Below are positions 43,208 to 52,033 of a stretch of 61,585 nucleotides of DNA, one piece after another. A program made the position numbers and the translations under genes. Source of the DNA: Myxococcales bacterium (GTDB taxonomy: Bacteria > Desulfobacterota > Binatia > HRBIN30 > BPIQ01); the NCBI GenBank assembly GCA_037440145.1, contig JBBIUR010000020.1, positions 1-61,585 on the forward strand. The letters run 5' to 3'. The first letter of the stretch is position 1. Each line of letters opens with the position of its first letter. A model generated the notes under the pieces. That model searched no databases and had not been told where the DNA came from. It was given only the letters and a program-made list of their open reading frames with translations.

Positions 43208-46066
43208 ATGCACGAGATGGGAATGACGCGCAGGCAGTTCCTGTGGGGGATCGGCGCGACGGGGTTGAGCTTGTCGCTCGCCCGCCTCGCGTGGCTGCCC
43301 GGGCGGGCACTCGCCCAAGGGGTCCCCGCTCCCCTGCCGCCCTACCGGGAGTGGGAGGACCTCTACCGGCAAAAGTGGCAGTGGGACAAGGTGGTCAAAG
43401 CCGCCCACCATGTCGTCAACTGCGCTTCCTCGTGCCCGTTCGACGTCTTCGTGAAGGACGGGATCGTGTGGCGCGAGGAGCAGAACGCGGTCATGGAGGC
43501 GAATAAGCCCTCGCTGCCCGACTTCAATCCCCGCGGCTGCCAGAAGGGCGTCTGCACGAGCCAGTTGATGTACAGCCCGCAGCGGCTGAAGTATCCCCTC
43601 AAGCGCGTCGGCCCGCGCGGCTCGGGAAAGTGGAAGCGCATCTCTTGGGACGAGGCGCTCACGGAGATCGCCGACAAGATCCTCGACGTCGCGCTCCGGG
43701 ACGGCATCGAGTGCGTCGTCTACGATAGCGGCACCGCGAACGCCGGTTACGACGCGCCGACCGCAGGGGAAACCCATTTCTTTAACCTGCTCGGCTGCAC
43801 GCAGCTCGATGGCTGGGCGGCTGTGGGCGACATGCCGCTCGGTATGATCCTCACGTGGGGCCTGTTCAACGTCGACAGCACGTCCGACGATTACATGAAC
43901 GCAGACTTGATCCTGCTGTGGCTGGGCAACCCGACGTACACGCGCATCCCCGACGCGCACTTCATCTGGGAGGCGCGCTACCACGGCAGCAAGGTGGTCA
44001 GCATTGCCCCGGACTACAATGCGTCGAGCATCCACGCCGACCTATGGTTGAACCCCCGCATCGGCACCGATGCTGCCCTCGCCCTCGGGATGGCCCACGT
44101 GCTGGTCGAGGAACAGCTCTACAACGCCGCCTTCGCGAAAGAGCAAACCGACCTGCCGTTGCTCGTCCGGGAGGATACGGGGCGCTTTCTGCGCGAGTCG
44201 GACCTCCGCCAGGGCGGGGCGGAGAACATCTTCTACCTCTGGGATACCCGCAGCGGCTCCGCCGTGCAGGCCCCGGGCAGCGAGGGGCTCGGGCGCAGCA
44301 CCACGCTCGCACTGGGCGGACTGGACCCCGCGCTGGAGGGACAGTTCGAAGTGCAGCTCGCAAGCGGGCAGAAGGTGCGCGTGCGGCCCGTTTTCGAACG
44401 GCTGCGGAAGCGACTGGCGGATTACCCGCCAGAGAAGGTGGCGCAGATCACCGGCGTGAACGCCAAGCTCGTCGCCGACCTGGCGCGAGAGATGGCCCGC
44501 GCCAAGGCCGTCACGATGTTCGGCTCCTGGGGCATGATGAAGCACTATCACAGCGACCTCTTCCAGAGATCGATCCTGTTGCTGCTGGCGCTTACGGGCA
44601 ACGTGGGCCGCCGCGGCGCGGGGATCCGGGTGGGCGCTTGGTATATGCTCAGCAGCCTCGAGTACATCCTGAGCGCCGTCAAGCCGACCTGGTACCAGAA
44701 GGCCCTGATGGCAGTCTTCAAGCCCACGGTGCGGGAGCTGATCGGGTATTTCCGCGCCTACGAGCGAGAGCACATGTACATGAACGTGCCTGCGCTGATG
44801 TTTCTGTACGAGCACGGCGGACTGAAGGAGGTGGTGGATCGGCCCGAGTACCATGATGCGAACCCCGGCAAGGTGCTGCCCGAAGCGATGAAGGAGTCGA
44901 TCGAGCACGAGTGGGTGCCGCTCTACCCGAAGCCCGGAAAACCGCCGCGCGTCTACATTCACACACGCGTCAACCCCCTGCGGCGCTGGCCGGCCCCGCA
45001 GGTGGTCGAGAAACACCTGTGGCCCAAGCTCGAGCTGATCGTGGCCGTGAACCTCAAGATGTCCACGACGGCGGCGAAGTCGGATATCGTGCTCCCCGCA
45101 TGCGGCCCGTACGAGCGGCGCGGAATCAAGTACGCCCAGAGCTACGTGCCCTATTACGCCGTGGGCGAGAAGGCCGTGGAGCCGCTGGGCGAGTCGAAGA
45201 GCGAGTGGGAAATCGCCGGCCTGCTGGCGCGCAAGATCCAGGAACGGGCGCGCGCCCGAGGCATGCAGCCCATTCGCGATGCCAAGGGCAAGCCCCGCGA
45301 CTTCACCACGCTCTATGACCAGTGGAGTCACCAGGGGCGGTTCCAGCCCGAGGACGATCTGCCTTTTTACGAAGCGGTGACGCGAGAGTCGCCCGAGATC
45401 GGCAAGATCCCGTGGGCGGAGGCCGCGCGGCAGGGGGCGGTGCGCATTCAGGATGTGGGTCCGTTCCGCACGCACACCAACCTCTGCAGCGACTACGAGC
45501 CCGGAGATACGATCTACCCCTGCCAGTGGTTCGTGCAGCACAAGCAGCCGTGGCCGACGCTGACGGGCCGGCAGCAGTTCTACATCGACCACGAGTGGTT
45601 CTTGCGCGCCGGAGAGGAGCTGCCGGTGCACAAGGAGCCCCCCAAGGCCGGGGGGGACTATCCGTTGCGCCTGACCGGCGGCCACACGCGCTGGTCGATC
45701 CACTCCATCTGGCGCGAGGAAAGGCACATGCTGCGGTTGCAACGGGGCGAGCCCGTGATGTACATCTCGCCTGCCGATGCGGCCGCGCGCGGCATCGGCG
45801 ACAACGATCGCGTGCGGATGTTCAACGACGTGGGCGCTTGCGTGCTGCGGGCAAAAATCGCCCCGGCGGTGCAGCCGGGAACGGTGATCGTGTACCACGC
45901 TTGGGAGCCGTTCCAGTTTCCCGGCTGGCGCGGGAGCCAGGAGCCCGTGGCCTCGCCGTGGAAGTCGCTGCACGTCGCGGAATACGGCCAGCTCCACTAC
46001 CGGTTCCTGTTCGCCGGCCCGCACCACGCACCGCGTGCGACCAGCGTGGAGGTCCAGCGTGCCTGA
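43208..46066 (+). CDS. Tat-signal molybdopterin oxidoreductase catalytic subunit (NarG/EbdA-like), paralogue A4
   Basis: Motifs MHEMGMTRRQFLWGIGATGLSLSLARL...ALA-QG, AAHHVVNCASSC...NPRGCQKGVC, GDMPLGMILTWG, IPDAHFIWEARYHG and APDYNASSIHADLWL; 952 aa. The exact start (ATG 43208, or the 2nd or 3rd ATG) is uncertain. Confidence 0.8.
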   Translation: MHEMGMTRRQFLWGIGATGLSLSLARLAWLPGRALAQGVPAPLPPYREWEDLYRQKWQWDKVVKAAHHVVNCASSCPFDVFVKDGIVWREEQNAVMEANKPSLPDFNPRGCQKGVCTSQLMYSPQRLKYPLKRVGPRGSGKWKRISWDEALTEIADKILDVALRDGIECVVYDSGTANAGYDAPTAGETHFFNLLGCTQLDGWAAVGDMPLGMILTWGLFNVDSTSDDYMNADLILLWLGNPTYTRIPDAHFIWEARYHGSKVVSIAPDYNASSIHADLWLNPRIGTDAALALGMAHVLVEEQLYNAAFAKEQTDLPLLVREDTGRFLRESDLRQGGAENIFYLWDTRSGSAVQAPGSEGLGRSTTLALGGLDPALEGQFEVQLASGQKVRVRPVFERLRKRLADYPPEKVAQITGVNAKLVADLAREMARAKAVTMFGSWGMMKHYHSDLFQRSILLLLALTGNVGRRGAGIRVGAWYMLSSLEYILSAVKPTWYQKALMAVFKPTVRELIGYFRAYEREHMYMNVPALMFLYEHGGLKEVVDRPEYHDANPGKVLPEAMKESIEHEWVPLYPKPGKPPRVYIHTRVNPLRRWPAPQVVEKHLWPKLELIVAVNLKMSTTAAKSDIVLPACGPYERRGIKYAQSYVPYYAVGEKAVEPLGESKSEWEIAGLLARKIQERARARGMQPIRDAKGKPRDFTTLYDQWSHQGRFQPEDDLPFYEAVTRESPEIGKIPWAEAARQGAVRIQDVGPFRTHTNLCSDYEPGDTIYPCQWFVQHKQPWPTLTGRQQFYIDHEWFLRAGEELPVHKEPPKAGGDYPLRLTGGHTRWSIHSIWREERHMLRLQRGEPVMYISPADAAARGIGDNDRVRMFNDVGACVLRAKIAPAVQPGTVIVYHAWEPFQFPGWRGSQEPVASPWKSLHVAEYGQLHYRFLFAGPHHAPRATSVEVQRA

Positions 46067-46072
46067 CGGGCG

Positions 46073-48970
46073 GTGGGAAGCCAGAGCGCGCGCGGGGGCG
46101 GGCGATCCGTGACGATCACGCGCCGCGAGTTTCTCCAGGGGACCGGGGCGGCGGTCCTGAGCTTATCGCTCGGGCGGCTCGCGTTCCTCGGCGAAGCGCA
46201 GGCCGCTCGCGCTGTCCCCGGCTCGGGCGTGCCCGACTACCGCAGTTGGGAGGACGTGTACCGGCGCAAGTGGACTTGGGACCGGATCGCAAAAGGCACC
46301 CATTACGTCAATTGCTGGTACCAGCGCGGGTGCAATTGGGATGTCTACGTCAAGGACGGCGTCGTTTTCCGCGAGGAGCAAGCGGCGACCTATCCGCAGA
46401 CGAACCCCGAGGTCCCCGATTTCAACCCCCGCGGCTGCCAAAAAGGGGCCTGCTACAGCTTGCGGATGTACGACCCGGATCGCATCCGCTACCCGCTCAA
46501 GCGAATCGGGCAGCGCGGCGAGGGCAAGTGGAAGCGCGTGAGCTGGGAAGAAGCGCTGCGCGAAATCGCATCGGCGCTGCTCGAGGTCCTCCGCGAGGAA
46601 GGGCCCGGAGCCATTTACTGGGACATGGGCACTGCTGCAACCAACGGCTGCCACGGGCTCGGCCTCTTCCGCACCTCGCAGGTGCTCGACACGCCCTTCC
46701 TCGACATGAACGCGGAGATCGGCGACCACCACCCGGGCGCAGCCGTCTCTTGCGGCAAGATCGTCTTCGCCAGCTCGGGCGACGATCTCTTTTACTCCGA
46801 CCTGATTCTCATCTGGGGCGGAAACCCGCTCTACACCCAAATTCCCAACGCCCATTTTTTCACCGAGGCGCGCTACCGCGGCGCGCGGGTAGTCACCATC
46901 GCGCCCGACTACAGCCCGTCGGCAATCCACGCGGATCTGTGGGTGCCCCTCCAGGTGGGTACGGACGCCGCGCTGGGCCTGGCACTCGCTCACGTGATCG
47001 TCGCCGAAGGGCTCTGCGACCGCAGCTTTGTGGCCGAGCAAACCGACCTGCCCTTGCTCGTGCGCAGGGACAACCGTCGCTTCCTGCGCGCGCGCGATCT
47101 GCAAAAAGGAGGCAGCGAGGAGACGTTCTATCTCTACGACCGCCGCACCGGTCGGGTCCGGGAGGCTCCATCGGCCCGCCTCGACCTGCAAGGGATCGAG
47201 CCTGCGCTCGAAGGGGAGTTCGAGGTCTCGACGCCTTCGGGACCCGTGACCGTCGTTCCGGTCTTCCAGTTGCTGCGTGAGCACCTGGCGGCCTATTCGC
47301 CCGAGGCGGCGGCGAAGATTACGGGTACGCCCCCCGAGGTAATCCGTCGCCTCGCGCGCGACATCGCCCGGGCAAAGGCCGCCACGGTGCTGACGCAGTC
47401 GAATTTCTCGAAGTTCTACCACGGCCTGGAAATGGAGCGCGCGCAGATCCTGGTGCTCGCACTCTGCGGCCACTTCGGGAAAAAGGGCAGCGGCCTGAAC
47501 GCCTTCCCTTGGTTGACGATCGACTCTTCCGAGGCGCTCGGAACCGCTCCGGCCCTGCCGATGCAGTTGGCCCTGATCGCGCTGGGAGCGCAGAACGCGC
47601 CGAAGTGGGCGGCGGCGAAGTGGAAGGGCTGGACTGACGAGATGTTCCTCTACAACGAGGCGCGCGAGATGTACCGCAAAGGGGGGTTCGTCTCCTCGGT
47701 CCTCTTCTATTACCTTCACGGGGGCTTCAAGGAGCAGATGCGCCGTGCCGGCAAGGTGGATCCGAGCTTGCGGCGGGAACTGGACGCGTACGTGGAGGAG
47801 GCCTTGGCCAGGGGCTGGCAGATCGCGCCGACCACGCCCCCGAAAATTCTCTTCGCGGAGGGCGGCAACATCTTCCGTCGGGTGCGCGGCTACCCGGTGC
47901 TGCTGGAGAACCTGCTCCCCAAGCTGCGGCTGCTCGTGACGGTCGACTGGCGCATGAGCACGACAGGTCTGTACAGCGATTACGTGTTGCCCGCGGCCGG
48001 GTATTACGAAAAGGATGACATAACCTGGGCGACGCCGATCGCGCCGTTCGCCCACGTGACCACCAAGGCAGTCGAGCCCCTCGGCGAGGCGAAGCACGAG
48101 TGGCAGTTCCATTGCCTGCTGCTGAAGGAGCTGCAGGCCCAGGCGGTCGCCGCCGGGCAGACCACGTACCGCGATCGCGCCGGCAACGAGCGGCGCCTCG
48201 ATCGCGTGTACGACGAGTTCACGTTCGGCCAGCGCTACACCGAGCGCGATGCGGAGCCGTTCTTGCGCGACATGGTCGCAATGGCGACAAACCTGAAGGG
48301 CACGACCTGGGACGAGCTGAAGGAGAAGGGATTTGCCCGCTACACGGGGCTCGGCATGGGCCTGATCAACATCGGGAACGCGACCGATATCGAACCCGGC
48401 CAGACGGTCACGGCAAACCGCTGGCACGTCGAGAAGAAAATGCCGTGGCCGACTCTTACCCGCCGCATCCAGTTTTACATCGACCACGACCTCTACCTCG
48501 AGCTGGGCGAGGAGCTGCCGGTGCACAAAGACAATCCGCCAATCGGCGGCAACTACCCGCTGCAGATGACCGGCGGGCACGCGCGCTGGTCCATCCATAC
48601 GATGTGGCGGCCCGATCCGCGGCTGCTGCGGTTGCAGCGGGGCGAGCCGGTCTTGTTTCTCAGCACAGCCGACGCGCGCGCTCGCGGCATTGGCGACAAC
48701 GACCGCGTGCGGGTCTACAACGATTTCGGTTCCTTCGAGGTCCGGGCCCGCATCGCCCCCTCGGTGCGCCCCGGCCAGGTGATCATCTACCACGCCTGGG
48801 AGCCGTTCCAGTTTCGGGGGCGGCGGTCCCACCAAGTCGTCACTCCCAGCCCGATCAACCCGATCCAACTGGCGGGCGGGTATTTTCACTTGCAGCCGAT
48901 GCCCATTGCGTGCGAGCCGGGGCAGAACGACCGCGGCACGCGCGTGGAGGTGGAAAAGATCGCGACCTGA
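46073..48970 (+). CDS. Tat-signal molybdopterin oxidoreductase catalytic subunit (NarG/EbdA-like), divergent paralogue A5
   Basis: Motifs ITRREFLQGTGAAVLSLSLGRL...AQA-A, GTHYVNCWYQRGC...NPRGCQKGAC, IGDHHPG, IPNAHFFTEARYRG and APDYSPSAIHADLWV. The start is GTG 46073 or GTG 46109 (giving VTITRREFL). Confidence 0.8.
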   Translation: MGSQSARGGGRSVTITRREFLQGTGAAVLSLSLGRLAFLGEAQAARAVPGSGVPDYRSWEDVYRRKWTWDRIAKGTHYVNCWYQRGCNWDVYVKDGVVFREEQAATYPQTNPEVPDFNPRGCQKGACYSLRMYDPDRIRYPLKRIGQRGEGKWKRVSWEEALREIASALLEVLREEGPGAIYWDMGTAATNGCHGLGLFRTSQVLDTPFLDMNAEIGDHHPGAAVSCGKIVFASSGDDLFYSDLILIWGGNPLYTQIPNAHFFTEARYRGARVVTIAPDYSPSAIHADLWVPLQVGTDAALGLALAHVIVAEGLCDRSFVAEQTDLPLLVRRDNRRFLRARDLQKGGSEETFYLYDRRTGRVREAPSARLDLQGIEPALEGEFEVSTPSGPVTVVPVFQLLREHLAAYSPEAAAKITGTPPEVIRRLARDIARAKAATVLTQSNFSKFYHGLEMERAQILVLALCGHFGKKGSGLNAFPWLTIDSSEALGTAPALPMQLALIALGAQNAPKWAAAKWKGWTDEMFLYNEAREMYRKGGFVSSVLFYYLHGGFKEQMRRAGKVDPSLRRELDAYVEEALARGWQIAPTTPPKILFAEGGNIFRRVRGYPVLLENLLPKLRLLVTVDWRMSTTGLYSDYVLPAAGYYEKDDITWATPIAPFAHVTTKAVEPLGEAKHEWQFHCLLLKELQAQAVAAGQTTYRDRAGNERRLDRVYDEFTFGQRYTERDAEPFLRDMVAMATNLKGTTWDELKEKGFARYTGLGMGLINIGNATDIEPGQTVTANRWHVEKKMPWPTLTRRIQFYIDHDLYLELGEELPVHKDNPPIGGNYPLQMTGGHARWSIHTMWRPDPRLLRLQRGEPVLFLSTADARARGIGDNDRVRVYNDFGSFEVRARIAPSVRPGQVIIYHAWEPFQFRGRRSHQVVTPSPINPIQLAGGYFHLQPMPIACEPGQNDRGTRVEVEKIAT

Positions 48971-48992
48971 GCAGTCGCTCGGGGGTGGAGCC

Positions 48993-50474
48993 ATGCAGGA
49001 CAGCGCTTACGACGCCGTCGTGATCGGCAGCGGGCCCGGCGGCGTGACGTGCGCGGCCTTGCTCGCCAAGGAAGGGCTGCGCACGCTCCTGGTGGAGAAG
49101 AACGCTGCGCTCGGCGGCAAGATGATGACCGTGACGCGCGATGGGTTCACTTACGACCTGTGGCCCCACGGGCAGGTGCCGATGCGCGGCTGTGCCTTCG
49201 AAACCGTCTTCCGCGAGCTCGGCGTCGAGGCGGAGTTCGAGCCCGCTCTCTCGCCCGACGACCCGCGCGAGGTGGTCGGGATCAGTTACCGGGCGCGCGA
49301 CTGGAAGGAGTACCGGACGGTGGCCTTTGCGCAAACCCTGCAAGACGCCACGCCGTTTTTCGACCTGTGGGGCCTGAACGAGTCCGAGCGCGCCAAGGCC
49401 ATGCAGTTTCTCACCGAAATGGTGACCCTGCCACCCGAGCGGCTCGACGAGCTCGACGACGTGTCGATGCACGAGTTCGTCTCGCGCTACGACGTGCCGT
49501 ACCCTCTCTACAGCTACCTGGCCTTTCACGCGAACGCCTCCCTGGCTGAGCCGATCGACCTTGTGGCGGCTTCGGAGCAAATCAAGATCATGCAGCGGAT
49601 CGCGCTCCAGGGCGGCGGGGGATATTACAAGGGGACGTTCGGCCGCCTGATCGACGTGATGGCGCGCGAGTTCCAAGCGCGCGGCGGCACCGTGGTGACC
49701 CGCGCCCGCGTGGAGAAGATCACCGTCGAGGGAGGGCGGGTGACCGGCGTGGTGACAGCGGCCGGGCGCTTCTCGGCGCCGATCGTCGTCAGCAGTGCCG
49801 GCATTCAGCCCACGGTTCTCAAGTTGGTGGGCGAGGAGCATTTCGACCGCAGTTACGTGAACTACATCAAGAGCCTGGCGCCGGGTTGGGGCTTTACCGG
49901 CGTTCGCTATTTCCTGAGCCGGCCGGCGTTGCGCTACCCGATGTACGTGGCGTACTCGGACGAGAGCTGGTGGGATCTGGAGCGGTTCCGCCGCGTGCGC
50001 CAAGGCGAAATCCCCGCCGAAGGGATCTACTTCATGTCCGTTCTCTCGAACTGCGACCCCGACCTAGCCCCGCCGGGAAAGCAAATCGCCGTGGCGGGCA
50101 CGATCTGCTCGCCCAATCCCGACGCCAAGGAAGTCGAGATGCTGTGGCGGAAAACGGACGAGATGATTGCGCGCCTTCTGCCCGAGATGGCAGCCGCGGT
50201 GGAGTTCAAGGAGTACAGCGGCCCGCGCGAGGTCTCTTCGGCCACCCGCGATTCCGTCCTGCCGGGACAGGGCGGTGAGTGCGTGGGCCTGGGCCAGATC
50301 GTGGGCCAGTGTGGGCGCAAGAAGCCTTCGCCGCAAGCGCCGATCTGCGGCCTTTTCTACGTGGGCGCCGATGCGGGCAGCGCGGGGATGGGCACGCACC
50401 AGGCCGCCGATTCCGCCCTTCGCGTGGCGCGCATGGTGGTCCAGCACTACCGCAAGCAGTACTCCTGGTGGTGA
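48993..50474 (+). CDS. CrtI/phytoene-desaturase-family FAD-dependent oxidoreductase, copy 1
   Basis: ATG 48993 follows GGGGGTGGAG. Dinucleotide fold DAVVIGSGPGGVTCAALLAKEGLRTLLVEKNAALGGK; C-terminal GLFYVGADAG. Confidence 0.7.
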   Translation: MQDSAYDAVVIGSGPGGVTCAALLAKEGLRTLLVEKNAALGGKMMTVTRDGFTYDLWPHGQVPMRGCAFETVFRELGVEAEFEPALSPDDPREVVGISYRARDWKEYRTVAFAQTLQDATPFFDLWGLNESERAKAMQFLTEMVTLPPERLDELDDVSMHEFVSRYDVPYPLYSYLAFHANASLAEPIDLVAASEQIKIMQRIALQGGGGYYKGTFGRLIDVMAREFQARGGTVVTRARVEKITVEGGRVTGVVTAAGRFSAPIVVSSAGIQPTVLKLVGEEHFDRSYVNYIKSLAPGWGFTGVRYFLSRPALRYPMYVAYSDESWWDLERFRRVRQGEIPAEGIYFMSVLSNCDPDLAPPGKQIAVAGTICSPNPDAKEVEMLWRKTDEMIARLLPEMAAAVEFKEYSGPREVSSATRDSVLPGQGGECVGLGQIVGQCGRKKPSPQAPICGLFYVGADAGSAGMGTHQAADSALRVARMVVQHYRKQYSWW

Positions 50475-50492
50475 GGCCGCGGGGAGAGAGAC

Positions 50493-52022
50493 GTGCCGCA
50501 GGAGAGTTTCGACGCGATCGTGGTGGGGGCGGGGTTCGGCGGGGCCGCGTGTGCGGCGTTGTTGGCCAAGCGCGGTGCCCGCGTGCTCTTGCTCGAGAAG
50601 AACGCGCGCGCGGGCGGCAAGGCGATGGTGGTTTCGAAGAACGGCTTCACGTACGAGCTGTGGCCGGTCATCCACGCGCCGGCGCAGGAGAGCCGGTGCG
50701 TTGCGGTCCTGCGCGAGCTCGGGATGGAAGGCGAGGTCGATTTGGTCTTCCCGCGCGTGCGGGGTGCGATCTACATCGATTCGAGCGGCGCGCTGCGCCG
50801 CTTTCCGGACGACCCGAGCCCCGACCCGGCAAAGGTTTTTGACGCGATCGGAGTCGCTCCCGAAGAGCGAGAGCGCGCCCTTGCGGTCCTCACCGAGCTC
50901 GTGACGATGAGCGCTGCAGACGCAGCGGCGCTCGACGAGGTCTCGTTCGCGCAGTGGCTGGAGCAGCGGCAGACCCCGCGGCCCGTGGCGACCTATCTCC
51001 ACGCGATCGCCAACGGCGTCTTCATGGTTCCCTCGGATCTGCTGGCCGCTTCGGAGGCGATCCGCACGGTGCAGGAGATCCTCCTGCGCGGGGGTGGGTT
51101 GTACTGCCGCAATGGCGGCATCGGGCGCCTGGCAGAAGTGTACGCTTCGGCCGTGGAGAAGTTCGGAGGGCGCGTCCTGTACCGCACGCGCGTCCGCAAG
51201 ATCGCAGTGCGTGAGGGCCGGGTGACCGGGGTGATCGCGGACAAGGGCGCCTTTGCCGCGCCGGTCGTGGTGAGCAACGCGGGGTTGCAGCCGACGGTGC
51301 TGCGGCTGGCAGGCAAAGAGCACTTCGACCGCAGCTATGTGAACTACGTGCGCGACCTCACCCCGTCTTGGGGAATGATGGGCGTGCGCTACTTCCTGCG
51401 CCCCCGGATGCTCGACGAGCCGTTCTACATGGTCTTTTCGGACGACGCGTACTGGACCACCGAGCGCTGGCTGCGCGCCGCCAACGGCGACGTTCCCGAA
51501 CGGGTGATCCTTTGGGTCCAGGTTCCCTCGGCCTACGACTCTGCTCTCGCCCCACCCGACCGCCAGTGCGTGCTCACCGGAGTGTGGTGCTCGCCCGACC
51601 CGGCGGCGCCGGAAGCGGAGAAGGAAAAGTGGTGGCGGAAAGTGGACGAGATGATGGAGCGCGTATGGCCGGGTTTTCTCGGCCGGGTCTACGATCGCGA
51701 GCCGTATGACGTGCGAGAAGTCTCTGCGCTCTCGCGGGAGCCCGCTTTCCCGGGCGTGGGAGGCGAGTGCATCGGCCTGGGCCAGGTGATCGGCCAGTGC
51801 GGGCGCTTCAAGCCGTCGGCGCGAGCACCGCTGAGTGGCCTCTTCTATGTCGGCGCCGATGCGGAGGGGTACGGCTGCGGCACGCACCTGGCGGTCGAAT
51901 CGGGAATCCGGGTGGCCGAGCAGGTCGAGCGCTTCCTGCGGCTGCGGCGGGCTCTGTTCGGTACCCGGACGGCGCCTGGGGCTCGCCGGGCGCCGGGCGG
52001 CAGGGGCAAAGGCGGCCACTGA
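50493..52022 (+). CDS. CrtI/phytoene-desaturase-family FAD-dependent oxidoreductase, copy 2 (paralogue of the preceding gene)
   Basis: GTG 50493 follows GGGGAGAGAG. DAIVVGAGFGGAACAALLAKRGARVLLLEKNARAGGK. Shared blocks with copy 1 include FDRSYVNY, GGECIGLGQVIGQCGR and GLFYVGADA. Confidence 0.7.
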   Translation: MPQESFDAIVVGAGFGGAACAALLAKRGARVLLLEKNARAGGKAMVVSKNGFTYELWPVIHAPAQESRCVAVLRELGMEGEVDLVFPRVRGAIYIDSSGALRRFPDDPSPDPAKVFDAIGVAPEERERALAVLTELVTMSAADAAALDEVSFAQWLEQRQTPRPVATYLHAIANGVFMVPSDLLAASEAIRTVQEILLRGGGLYCRNGGIGRLAEVYASAVEKFGGRVLYRTRVRKIAVREGRVTGVIADKGAFAAPVVVSNAGLQPTVLRLAGKEHFDRSYVNYVRDLTPSWGMMGVRYFLRPRMLDEPFYMVFSDDAYWTTERWLRAANGDVPERVILWVQVPSAYDSALAPPDRQCVLTGVWCSPDPAAPEAEKEKWWRKVDEMMERVWPGFLGRVYDREPYDVREVSALSREPAFPGVGGECIGLGQVIGQCGRFKPSARAPLSGLFYVGADAEGYGCGTHLAVESGIRVAEQVERFLRLRRALFGTRTAPGARRAPGGRGKGGH

Positions 52023-52033
52023 GGAGCGGCGAG

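Noticed and set aside
46163-48994. Very long antisense ORFs, for example 46163-48994 (-, 943 aa), 21380-24403 (+, 1007 aa), 33702-36068 (+, 788 aa), 14804-16828 (+, 674 aa), 44042-46027 (-, 661 aa), 50064-52019 (-), 51845-54016 (-) and 5680-7302 (-).
   Set aside because: They lie opposite genes with clear family motifs. Their translations are Arg/Ala/Gly/Pro-rich low-complexity strings without recognisable motifs. Such shadow ORFs are expected in very GC-rich DNA where stop codons are rare.
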